From NCBI GenBank assembly GCA_016710785.1, contig JADJUE010000006.1, forward strand, positions 9,841 through 73,840: a stretch of DNA of 64,000 nt. The letters run 5' to 3'. Every line of letters starts with the position of its first letter. Position 1 is the stretch's first letter. The stretch comes from Candidatus Epilinea brevis (GTDB taxonomy: Bacteria > Chloroflexota > Anaerolineae > Epilineales > Epilineaceae). The notes below the pieces were generated by a model that saw only the letters and a program-made list of their open reading frames with translations, did no database searches and had not been told where the DNA came from. Position numbers and translations under genes: made by a program. This document shows, piece by piece, positions 7,856 to 16,463 of the stretch.

Positions 7856-10800
7856 ATGGCGTCGATGACGGGCAATCCGAAGTATCGCGACCCACGATCC
7901 GGGGCCTTGGCTCGTCTCGCGCAGGTCCGCTCCGTTTGCTTTGCCGCGCTCCTCCTCTCATTCCAGGCAATCGCGAGCGCGGATCGTCCCATGGCAGCCA
8001 CCCAGGCAGCTGATCTGGTGAGTCGCTGGCCATTGCCGGCGCTGGGGGTCAACGAACCCTTCGTCGCCGAGAGCCTCACCTACCTGCTCGACCACAGACT
8101 GCTGGTCGCGGATGAGGATCAGGAATCGATATGGCAGGTGGATCCTCGGACCGGGACCGTGCAGCCTTGGCTGGTCCGGCCTACGTTTGGCATGCGGCCA
8201 TTCCAGGTTCGATACGATCCGTCGAATCGTGTGGTGTATGTCGCCAGCCGCACAGGGTCTGAGGGCGTCGGCCAACTGCAATACCTGGTGCTGGACGAGG
8301 GCGGCGCCTATCTGGACCGCTGGACGCTGCCAGTCCGTGACGACATGTGGCAGTCCAACGGCTCAGCCAATCGGCTTTCCATCACGCGGGACGGCCTGCT
8401 CGCCTGGCTGATCAACCCGCCTCCCGGCGATCCCGGTGAGCCGAGGTCGCAGATCGCCACGGCGGACCGGCATGGCCAGCGGAGCTTTGGCACCCGGTGC
8501 CCGGAGAAGTACACGGCGCTCGCGGCCGGATCGAGCGGACAGTTCTTCCTTAAGACCGACCTTCCCAACCGTCAGGGGTTCGAGCCGGGCTACCGGATCG
8601 ATCGAGTCGACGGGAGCTGCCGGCAGCAGGCGGCCTTCTATCGGTACGATGGCACGCATCCGTATTGGTCCAGCAGGGTCGGGTTGGCGAGCTGGCCATC
8701 GCCCGATCATGTCTATATGACGACCGATCTCGGCATCGACGTTTTCAACCATGCGGGAGCGCGGCAGTACCGCACGTATGTGCCCGATCTGTGCCCGGAC
8801 TGCCAGATCCTCTCCGTGGCGCCCCGGCCTGACAATCATTTCGCCGTGCTCAGTGAGGACGACCTTTCGGGCCAGGGTGCCGTCCTCGCTCAGGCCATCC
8901 AGTTTGACGCCCAGGGTGGCCCGATGCTGCGAACCATCTTCCGCCCGGCTCGAACACCCGTGGATTGGGTGGCCGGACGCCTGACGGTGGACCACGCCGA
9001 CCGGGTTCATGTGCTCTACCCTGACTCGGATCGCCTCGTCACGTTCTCTCCGGCGGGGACGCTGGAACGCCAGGTTCCCGCTCCCAGTTGGGCCCTCGAC
9101 GTGGATGCAGGCGGCGGCACGCTGGCCATCAAGGGGTCATCGGGCGCGCAGGGCTCCGTGCGGTTGCTCGGCCCCGATGGCCGGCTGCTGTGGCATCGAA
9201 CCTGCGACTGCGACACGGCGGCGGGGGTGGCCGTCGGGAGCGGAGGCGTGATCGTGCCCAACGCAGCGCCGCCGCGGCTGCAGAGCTTCGAGCTCCTCAC
9301 AGGTACGGACTCAGGCGCGTGGTCGTCGCCCAGTGTCACGGGCGATGCATTGCCCCTGGATGTCACGACCGACGGGGACCAGACGCTGCTCCTGGACGGG
9401 GTTCAGGAGCGGATCCAGGCTATCGACGCCCGGGGCAAGGTGCGGTCGTATGTCGGCGTTCCCGCCGGCACGTTTCGAATCGACGTGGGACCGGGAGGCC
9501 GGCTTGGCGCCCTGACGCGCAGCGGCGGCGTCCATGTCCACGGTGTCGCGGGGTGGCAGGAAGTCGACCTGACGACAATCGCCGGCGCGGAGTCGCTGCA
9601 ACCACGCGATCTGGCCTGGACCCCAGCGGGCACTCTGACGATTCTCGATGCGGATGGCCCCTCGATCCTTCAGCTGAAGGTCGACGTCCCTCCTGCCGCG
9701 GATCCCACCCCGCCGCCCGATGTGGCGATCGGTGGAGGCTCGTGCCGCGTGACCGGCGACAAACAGGCATCACCGCGCCGCGTCTTCCTGGGCGAGCCCG
9801 TGGAGGTTCGACTCACCCTTGACATCGCGTGCCCCGCAAGCCCACGGCCGCCGCTGGACATCCTCATCCTGCTCGGGAGTGGGCTGACCGGAGGCAATGG
9901 GACCGAACCGCATGACTATCAGTCGGCTGCCTGGCAAGTGGCCGAGCGCGTCGTCGAGGGGTTGGACCTGAGTCGGGACCGGGTGGCCATCTATCTCCAC
10001 GGCTACGGGCAGCTCACCGGGTTCAGCGGCGAGAAGCGGCGACTTCATGACGCCATTGTGCGCTCCGGGCGGTACTTCAATCCCTATCTGCCGGCCGATG
10101 CCAACAGCTTCGACGGGCTGGGCTGGGCCTTCGATGTCATGGACGCGGGCGGGCGCCGCGGCGCGACGCGGCTGCTCGTGCAGATCGACAAGAGCCTCAT
10201 GATCACCCAGCGGGACGGAACGGACATCGCCGCGGAGTCCCGACGTCGCGACGTGCGAGTCATCCTGGTTTTTCGCCCTCTTGACGGTGGATTGCCGTCA
10301 GCGGAACGGCAACGACTTCGGTCCATGGTGGCTGCCGAAGGAGACGTCTTGAACCTCGATGACGTGCTATCGAGCGATGCTCTGCTCGAGCGGATCCTGC
10401 AATCGAGTCGGGCGGGCGTGGTGCGCGACGTGGAGGTTTGGGACGAGGCGGGCCCCGACATGACCCTGCTGCGCGGCTCTCCGGCACCCAGGGCGTGGGA
10501 GGGCCCGTCGAGCGTCCGCTGGCATGTCGATGGGCTCCCGACCGGAGGGATGACCTTGACGCTCTCGGTTCAGCCGCAACGTCTGGGAACCCTACCCACG
10601 AACCGACGCGCGCTTGCGGATTTCACGGATCCGGCCGGGGTGAGAAGGCGATTCGAGTTCCCGGTGCCTGTCGTCGAGGTTATCGCGCCGCCGACCGCGA
10701 CTCGGACCGCGCCGCCAATAGCCACCGCCACGCCGTCCTTTACGCCGCCGCCGACTCCAACACCCGCTCCCGTCTACCTCCCTCTCCTGCTGCGCGAGAT

Positions 10801-11407
10801 GTGCACGCCCGAGCAGCGCCGGGTGGATGTCGTGCTGGTCCTGGATGGCTCGCTATCCATGCTTGAGCCCGCCGACCTGGGAAGCGCTCAGACCAAGCTC
10901 GACGCTGCGCGCGAGGCCGCGCGCAGTTTTCTCGACGCGCTCCGGCTGGATCAAGGCGATCAAGCGGCGATCGTGGCATTCAACGCTCAGCCGGCACTGC
11001 TCACCGGCCTGACCGCCGATCGCTCCGCTCTGGACTCCGCCTTGGCGTCCATCACGTCGGCGCCGCAAACCTGTATCGTCTGCGGCATGGATACCGGGGC
11101 CTCCGAGCTAGCCAGCACGCGGCGCAGGCCGGCCAATGCCCCGGTGCTGATCCTGCTCACCGATGGCCGGTCCAACCCGCAGCCGGTGACCGAGGCGGTG
11201 GCGCGAGCCGCCGAGGCCAAGGCGGCGGGGATCCGCATCTACACGATCGGCTTGGGCGCCGACCTGGATGAGGCGGCGCTCAGGGAGATGGCTTCTGGGC
11301 CGAGCTTGTACTTCCAGGCCCCGACCGCGCAGGAGCTGGCTGGGATCTATCGAGAGATAGCGGTGGATATCCCATGTCCGGCCGGGGCGTTTTGGGGCGG
11401 AAGATGA
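7856..11407 (+). CDS. Large secreted protein (~1180 aa): signal peptide, beta-propeller-like repeat region, degenerate central vWA-like region, Pro/Thr linker, C-terminal vWA domain
   Basis: 'RSVCFAALLLSFQAIASA' is signal-like. C-terminal 'VDVVLVLDGSLSMLEP...LILLTDGRSNP...IRIYTIGLGADLDEAAL' is a canonical vWA domain with MIDAS DxSxS. Start ATG 7856 chosen; the ORF is open from 7829. Confidence 0.8.
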   Translation: MASMTGNPKYRDPRSGALARLAQVRSVCFAALLLSFQAIASADRPMAATQAADLVSRWPLPALGVNEPFVAESLTYLLDHRLLVADEDQESIWQVDPRTGTVQPWLVRPTFGMRPFQVRYDPSNRVVYVASRTGSEGVGQLQYLVLDEGGAYLDRWTLPVRDDMWQSNGSANRLSITRDGLLAWLINPPPGDPGEPRSQIATADRHGQRSFGTRCPEKYTALAAGSSGQFFLKTDLPNRQGFEPGYRIDRVDGSCRQQAAFYRYDGTHPYWSSRVGLASWPSPDHVYMTTDLGIDVFNHAGARQYRTYVPDLCPDCQILSVAPRPDNHFAVLSEDDLSGQGAVLAQAIQFDAQGGPMLRTIFRPARTPVDWVAGRLTVDHADRVHVLYPDSDRLVTFSPAGTLERQVPAPSWALDVDAGGGTLAIKGSSGAQGSVRLLGPDGRLLWHRTCDCDTAAGVAVGSGGVIVPNAAPPRLQSFELLTGTDSGAWSSPSVTGDALPLDVTTDGDQTLLLDGVQERIQAIDARGKVRSYVGVPAGTFRIDVGPGGRLGALTRSGGVHVHGVAGWQEVDLTTIAGAESLQPRDLAWTPAGTLTILDADGPSILQLKVDVPPAADPTPPPDVAIGGGSCRVTGDKQASPRRVFLGEPVEVRLTLDIACPASPRPPLDILILLGSGLTGGNGTEPHDYQSAAWQVAERVVEGLDLSRDRVAIYLHGYGQLTGFSGEKRRLHDAIVRSGRYFNPYLPADANSFDGLGWAFDVMDAGGRRGATRLLVQIDKSLMITQRDGTDIAAESRRRDVRVILVFRPLDGGLPSAERQRLRSMVAAEGDVLNLDDVLSSDALLERILQSSRAGVVRDVEVWDEAGPDMTLLRGSPAPRAWEGPSSVRWHVDGLPTGGMTLTLSVQPQRLGTLPTNRRALADFTDPAGVRRRFEFPVPVVEVIAPPTATRTAPPIATATPSFTPPPTPTPAPVYLPLLLREMCTPEQRRVDVVLVLDGSLSMLEPADLGSAQTKLDAAREAARSFLDALRLDQGDQAAIVAFNAQPALLTGLTADRSALDSALASITSAPQTCIVCGMDTGASELASTRRRPANAPVLILLTDGRSNPQPVTEAVARAAEAKAAGIRIYTIGLGADLDEAALREMASGPSLYFQAPTAQELAGIYREIAVDIPCPAGAFWGGR

Positions 11408-11436
11408 ACGGCCGGACATACCGAGGAGCACTCAGA

Positions 11437-11560
11437 GGTATACACATCTCCGGACTCAAGTGATGATTTCGTTGAGCTGCTTGGCCTCAGACTGGAGAAG
11501 CTAAACTTTGGCCCCGACATGCCTGGCCTCAGTCAGTCACGAAAACGGTGGTTTCAGAAA
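11437..11560 (+). repeat. Copy 2 of the ~125-nt 3' element (see 7532-7655)
   Basis: Direct alignment with copy 1. Indels (e.g. CTGACTTT vs CTAAACTTT) break any common reading frame, arguing it is non-coding. Confidence 0.75.
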
Positions 11561-11685
11561 CTCGGGCGTCCAGAATAGGACCGTTTGTTGGACACCCCCG
11601 TGTCCCTCGTCGCTCAGGACTATCTGGGTATCGTAGTCTGACCGTACGCGGCTAGCAGCGAGTGGGTGACGCGCCGATATTGTGC

Positions 11686-12132
11686 CTATCGCTGTGGCTC
11701 TCCAAGTAGAAGCTCATTAATAATCTCATTGTACTTGGCGACGGTCTCCATGTCGACGGAGTCAGGCAAAATGAGGCCGATAGTGTTACAGTCATACGTG
11801 AGAACAAGCCGCGACATGTCATCAGCATCTTCACGGCCATAAAAGTCTATGTTTTCGCGCAATCTGGATTCGCGGTCACAACGAAAGAGATATGCCCGGT
11901 TCATCGTCATCGGGTCAGGATCTAAGTAGAAAGTCCAGGCATCACACATTTGAGGCGATGCTTCCGGACCTGAGTCCGGCCCAAGCAGCCCACGTCCGCC
12001 GGGAATGAGATGTTCCTTCTCGAATGCCTCGAATATTTCTTCTGCCGACAATCCACTTACACACGGCGCGGGTGAGTCAGTGGTGATGGTGATGCAGCCA
12101 CTAGCGGACACGATCATGAGCGCGACCATGCA
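11686..12132 (-). CDS. Hypothetical lipoprotein in a lower-GC patch (start at MVALMIVSASGC chosen; ORF open to 12228)
   Basis: Lipobox-like 'MIVSASGC'. Codon usage and GC visibly differ from the surroundings. No recognisable domain. Confidence 0.5.
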   Translation of the reverse strand, partial: CMVALMIVSASGCITITTDSPAPCVSGLSAEEIFEAFEKEHLIPGGRGLLGPDSGPEASPQMCDAWTFYLDPDPMTMNRAYLFRCDRESRLRENIDFYGREDADDMSRLVLTYDCNTIGLILPDSVDMETVAKYNEIINELLLGEPQR

Positions 12133-12461
12133 GGAGCGTAATGCGAGTGGGCGATACCATCTGTTGCGTAATGTTGTCAATCCGAGCACATATGGCCGCC
12201 TACGCAGTGGATTCATCCTATGCACCACACCCGTCCTAGTCTATGGCCTTGACACGGCTTTCTCGATCGGCGAAGAGTAACACCGATGCTCTTGCTGAGC
12301 CAATCGTCAGCTGCGTTGTCCACAAAACCTCCGTTTTGTGGACTGGGCTGCCCCTCCCCCGCCGGCGACGCTCTTCCGCTTGCATTCCTGTCCACCAATA
12401 GCGTACACCATACTCCGTTCACATATGCCCTTCCTCGACGGGTGTACATACTTACCGTGGG

Positions 12462-12495
12462 GCAGCCAGTCGGGTTGAGCAGAGACCGGGTTGTG
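12462..12495 (+). repeat. Left copy of an imperfect ~34-bp direct repeat (GCAGCCAGTCGGGTTGAG..GAG.CCGGGTTGT) bracketing the SRPBCC-pseudogene/iteron segment
   Basis: 18/18 identical core plus 14/16 in the extension versus 13410-13443. Confidence 0.6.
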
Positions 12496-12540
12496 GGTAA
12501 GTGGGTAAGTACCGAGTAAGCGTTCAGCGGGTCGCAGCCA

Positions 12541-13127
12541 GCACGGGCAGGAGCGAAGGATTGTCCTGCCTCAGATGAACTTGCAGGTGCCAGATGCCCT
12601 TCTGAACCCGCGGTTCCCCCAAGTCGGCCAACTGGTTCTTCGCCTCGGCGGTGGCGGCTGAGAAGTACTCAGTCGCGTCCTCGCCGATGCCGATGTTCCG
12701 TCTGCCAGTCCGTTCGACCTGACCAGAACGTGGAGGACGGGCGCCCCGCCAGGCGCGATTCCCTTAATTAAAGTCGTCAAGCCGGGGCTACAGTCACCGC
12801 CCTGGCACCCTGGATTGCAGGTCGGCGCTGTCAATCGGCATCCAAGGCCGTCACCTCGGCGATGGTGCGGCCGGGCGAGCCGAGGTAGCGCAGGGCCAGG
12901 GGCATCAACAGGCCGAACATCATCCGGTCGCGCAGCTTCAGGGTGCTCGGCGCGCCCTCCTCAGTCTCGAACCGGCTCCCGACCCGCAGGGGTCCCTCCG
13001 TCAGCGGCGTCATGACGCGAGGCTGATGATTCCACTCGACATGCCGCGGCAGGTCGGCGACGTAGGCGTAGACCTTGGCGACGGGCACCGCGATGTCGAC
13101 AGAGGCGCTGATGGTCTGCGTGGGCAT
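12541..13127 (-). pseudogene. SRPBCC (polyketide cyclase/START-like) family gene disrupted by a frameshift around 12830
   Basis: The 12831-13127 ORF encodes 'MPTQTISASVDIAVPVAKVYAYVADLPRHVEWNH...' (typical SRPBCC N-terminus) but stops after 98 aa. A different frame downstream continues with plausible sequence '...EDATEYFSAATAEAKNQLADLGEPRVQKGIWHLQVHL'. Confidence 0.5.
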
Positions 13128-13205
13128 GGGCGGGCCTCCTTGACCGCGGGACGATGATGGCGTCAGCCCGTGTCCGATGCGCCGTCACGGCAGCAGCCAC
13201 TCAGA

Positions 13206-13330
13206 ATGATGCCTTCATAAGGTAGCTATGATGCCTTCATAAGGTCAGTATGAAGGCATCATAGCGTTGCGCTTACGGCAGCATTCGGTCCCGCTTACGG
13301 CAGCATTCCCGTGCAGTGATGCCGTAACGC
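13206..13330. promoter_or_regulatory. Iteron-like repeat array: ATGATGCCTTCATAAGGT x2 (13206-13223, 13228-13245) plus an inverted partial copy (13249-13262), and GCTTACGGCAGCATTC x2 (13271-13286, 13293-13308) plus an inverted partial; each pair phased at 22 bp
   Basis: Exact repeats read from the sequence in the divergent intergenic region between the SRPBCC pseudogene and the HU-like gene. Confidence 0.45.
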
Positions 13331-13409
13331 GGCTGATCTCTCGATAAGCAGCGTTTCAGGCCACGTGGCGGAGGGTGCGATTGGGACATGGCGGTTAAGT
13401 TGGGCAGCG

Positions 13410-13443
13410 GCAGCCAGTCGGGTTGAGTCGAGGCCGGGTTGTC
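13410..13443 (+). repeat. Right copy of the imperfect ~34-bp direct repeat (see 12462-12495)
   Basis: Alignment to the left copy. Confidence 0.6.
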
Positions 13444-13663
13444 TGGGGGAAGCCGTCAGCCGGTAGCGGGGGCCAGGCGCCGCCGCTGATCAGGAGAGCG
13501 CCACGGACACGCTGTCACGCGGGCCGAGCGGGAGCCGCCATCAGCCGCGCCCATCGTGCCTGGCTCTTGTTGCGACTGTCGAGGGCTGGCCATTGGTTTC
13601 TCCGGGGCGACTGTCCTGCGTTGTAGCCGCTTGCGCTGCCGGCAGCCTTTGCTGCATTGATAA

Positions 13664-13790
13664 GTTCCAATTGGAACCCAGGGTCCGGAGCAGCTAGGAT
13701 GGACTCGAATTCTCGCCGTAGAACGAGCCGTGTCCCAATTGGAACCCCGCTCGCTAGACCCGGTGTTGACGAGCCAGTTCCAATTGGGAT
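13664..13790. promoter_or_regulatory. Three copies of the palindrome (G)TTCCAATTGGAA(C): 13664-13677 perfect 14-mer, 13733-13745, 13778-13790; putative operator array upstream of the HU-like gene
   Basis: Palindromes read directly; centre-to-centre spacings 68 and 46 bp. The CCAATTGG core is rare in the GC-rich background. Confidence 0.45.
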
Positions 13791-13930
13791 ACCATCCATT
13801 AGACCACGCGATGGAGAATCCATTACCCGGTGTTGGTGACAAGCGTTCAGCGGCGAACCAGGCGCTGCTCGGGGCCTTCGTGCCGACGCACCTCCATCAT
13901 CATCGTTCGAACACAGGGGGCATACCCATC

Positions 13931-14416
13931 ATGGCCAGACTCGTACAAGCCGTGGGTCGCTACGGACCGCGCGTCGTCGATGGTCCGCATGCCAGGCCAA
14001 AGGACCTGGCGGACTGGATGGCGGTCGCCGGCCTCAACCGCAACGTGGCGCGCATGGTCATCGGCGAGTTGGGCAACGCCATGCGCTTCCATCTGCTGCG
14101 CGGCTCGCCGGTGGTCATTCCCGGCGTTGGGCGTTTGCGCGTCACCGTCAGCCAGGACATGGAGCTGCGCATGCGCTTCGCGCCCGATCGGGCCTTGCTG
14201 CGCGACGTGCAGGACCGCGAGCAGTTCACCGGGCGCATCGCCAACGCCCAGCGCGGCGGCTTGTCTCATGCTGAGTACAAAGAACTCTGGGACGCCGAGT
14301 TCCCCGACGATCCCCTGCAGATCCCCGCCGGTCCGCCGCGCAAGACCAGGCCCGTGGTCCTGCGGCGCGGCAAGCGGCGCAAGTTGGCCCCCACCGCGGA
14401 AGACGCCGAGACATAG
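13931..14416 (+). CDS. HU/IHF-family DNA-binding protein with a C-terminal basic extension (162 aa)
   Basis: 'KDLADWMAVAGLNRNVARMVIGELGNAMRFHLLRGSPVVIPGVGRLRVTV' fits the HU/IHF fold pattern (helix-GL-helix then beta arm with PGxG). C-terminal 'RKTRPVVLRRGKRRK' tail. Start ATG 13931 chosen within the longer ORF 13730-14416. Confidence 0.6.
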   Translation: MARLVQAVGRYGPRVVDGPHARPKDLADWMAVAGLNRNVARMVIGELGNAMRFHLLRGSPVVIPGVGRLRVTVSQDMELRMRFAPDRALLRDVQDREQFTGRIANAQRGGLSHAEYKELWDAEFPDDPLQIPAGPPRKTRPVVLRRGKRRKLAPTAEDAET

Positions 14417-14755
14417 TCCGCGGTCGATGTTTCGACCCCGTTGCGCCCTTGGAGACTCTCCTTGGCGCCGGATTCCGCCATATCCCCACCAGCGGCCCCA
14501 CCGCGGCCGGCGAATACCCCCTATTTAAGTCGTCTCCCCTTCGGCGGCCAAGCGGCCGGCCGCAGGACGAGCATCGAGCACGCGGTCCATCCTGAAGTGC
14601 CGCGCCGCGTCCCTCAGCCACAATGCGCCACCAGCAGCAGGCCGCGCCTAACCCGTGGTCCCCGTTCAACGCTTGCACTGTTGGTCTGTCCCGCGGTTCT
14701 GCCACCGCCCACGGCTCTCGCCCTCCTTCCGCCCCCCACCCCAACGAGGCTTCCC

Positions 14756-16114
14756 GTGACCAGATTTCAGTCCTCCCTGCGCCTGGCCTTGTCGGCCGGG
14801 ACGGCCTTGGTCTTCGTTGCCGCCGGCACTCTCGCGGCCAGCGGATTCGTTTGGCGGATCTATGGTGAAGTACCGGGCATGGAACTGGCGCACAAGGTCG
14901 CCAGCATTGCCGCCTGGGCGATGGCGGTCTGCGTGCTGGCCGCTGCCGCGGCCATCGCCCTGCCCGTGGCTCTGCGGCCGGCGGACTTCAGGGGCAAGCT
15001 CGTCCTCGTGATCCCGGCCCTCCTGGTCGCGTCCACTGCCAAGGGCATGGTCTTCCAGGTGGCCGAGATAGGCACCGTGGGCGACCTCATCCGCGTCCCA
15101 CTCATCGGCGCGCTCAGCCTGACCGCCGTGTGGATCATCATGTCCGGCCTCCTGTCCTTCGTGGCGGCCATGGTGGTTCTCCAGCGCGGGGCACCCGACG
15201 CGCAGTCGCAGCGAAGGGCGCTACGGTCCCTCCAGGCGGCCTCGTTGCCGGGCCTGGTGCTGGGCCTGGCCCTGGCCGGCGCCCTGGCGCTGGCGGCTAC
15301 CCATCCACTGAGCAAGCCTGAAGTCTTCGGCGCGCCCCTCGGCGGCGCGCCAGCCGGCCCTAACGGCGGCGGGCAGGCCGGCGCACCAGCCGCCGGCAGC
15401 GGACAGGGCCAGACGAACGCGCCGGGCGCACCGGTCACTTCGGGTGCTGCTGCTGCCCCCGGAGCGCCGGCCGGCAACGGCGCCGGAGCACCTGGTGCCG
15501 CCGGTGGTGGCGCTTTCAGTGGCCCCGCTTCGCCGCTGCCGGCCATGGCCGTTGGCACTGTTCTCTTCTTCCTCCTGTTGGGCCTAATGGGCTATGCCCT
15601 GGCCCAGGCCGGCCGCGCCCAGGTCGACGCGACGTTGGACGCGACATCGGCGCCCGCCGCCGCGTCCGGCGAGGTCGGGCGGGCCCTGCTCGCCGCCCTG
15701 GCGCTTGTCACGGCCGGCCTCCTGCTGAGCCAGCTGGTCCGGCCGGCGCGAGACAACCCGCCGCCGCAGGAGGCCATGGCCTGGGATACCCCGGCCACCA
15801 AGGACCTGGCCACCCGCGCCTGCATGGACTGCCACAGCAACGAGACGGTCTGGCCCTGGTACACCGGCGTGGCGCCCAGCTCCTGGCTCACGGTGCTGCA
15901 CGTGCGCCGGGGACGCGAGTCGATCAACCTCTCCGAGCTGAATGCCCTGTCGGCCCGCCGCCGCGACCGCCTGCCGGATTCGCTGGAGCGCGCGGTCACG
16001 AGAGGCAGCATGCCCCCGTTCGACTACCTGCTCATGCATCCCGAGGCGCGGCTGAGCGAAGCCGAGAGGCAGCAGCTGGCGGACGGGTTCAAGGCGAGCC
16101 TGGCGGAGCGCTGA
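14756..16114 (+). CDS. Polytopic membrane protein with Gly/Ala/Pro-rich low-complexity segment and C-terminal haem-binding (CxxCH, Haem_bd-like) domain
   Basis: Several hydrophobic helices. C-terminal 'ACMDCHSNETVWPWYTGVAPSSWLTVLHVRRGRESINLSELN' contains CxxCH and resembles the Haem_bd domain. Start uncertain (GTG 14756 with GAGG upstream; ORF open from 14441). Confidence 0.6.
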   Translation: MTRFQSSLRLALSAGTALVFVAAGTLAASGFVWRIYGEVPGMELAHKVASIAAWAMAVCVLAAAAAIALPVALRPADFRGKLVLVIPALLVASTAKGMVFQVAEIGTVGDLIRVPLIGALSLTAVWIIMSGLLSFVAAMVVLQRGAPDAQSQRRALRSLQAASLPGLVLGLALAGALALAATHPLSKPEVFGAPLGGAPAGPNGGGQAGAPAAGSGQGQTNAPGAPVTSGAAAAPGAPAGNGAGAPGAAGGGAFSGPASPLPAMAVGTVLFFLLLGLMGYALAQAGRAQVDATLDATSAPAAASGEVGRALLAALALVTAGLLLSQLVRPARDNPPPQEAMAWDTPATKDLATRACMDCHSNETVWPWYTGVAPSSWLTVLHVRRGRESINLSELNALSARRRDRLPDSLERAVTRGSMPPFDYLLMHPEARLSEAERQQLADGFKASLAER

Positions 16115-16362
16115 TGGGCGGGCTCGCGGATCGCCATTCAGACTAACCGCGAGCTCTGCCCGGGGTCCTGACTGCCTGACACATCGCCATAGGCGACGAA
16201 AGCGACACTGGCGAACCTGGTATCGCAACACAATGGATTCTGAGAGTAGCCGATGGGTGTGCCGGGTCTCGAATCCTTCATTGGCCACGATGGCCCTGGT
16301 CGGAGCATAAACCTGCGCCAGGGGCCCGTCAACCGTCCGGTCCCGCCCGCGGTGAAATGGGG

Positions 16363-16391
16363 TTGACGGACGATTGGGGCGGACTTATACT
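16363..16391 (+). promoter_or_regulatory. Near-consensus sigma70-like promoter TTGACG-N17-TATACT upstream of the 16464 gene
   Basis: Hexamers and spacing read from the sequence, about 70 nt upstream of the ATG. Confidence 0.4.
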
Positions 16392-16463
16392 GCCGAGGCC
16401 GGGATTGAGTAGGCTGGATACGGTCGCCAGCCGTTGCCTTGATCTTTACATTGGAGGGTCTTC

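Noticed and set aside
13456-13842. ORFs 13456-13842(-) and 13515-13823(-) in the palindrome-rich intergenic region
   Set aside because: Their peptide repeats (PIGTGSS, PIGTRLV) are just translations of the GTTCCAATTGGAAC palindromes. No RBS or domain; the region is better explained as regulatory DNA.
12518-13855. 13-bp exact match AAGCGTTCAGCGG at 12518 and 13843
   Set aside because: A 13-mer coincidence is expected many times by chance in 64 kb of biased composition. Only the longer 34-bp repeat pair was retained.
16255-16300. tRNA-like T-arm resemblance (GGGTCTCGAATCC) in the low-GC intergenic patch
   Set aside because: No complementary stem, acceptor arm or anticodon arm can be drawn; single-motif resemblance only.
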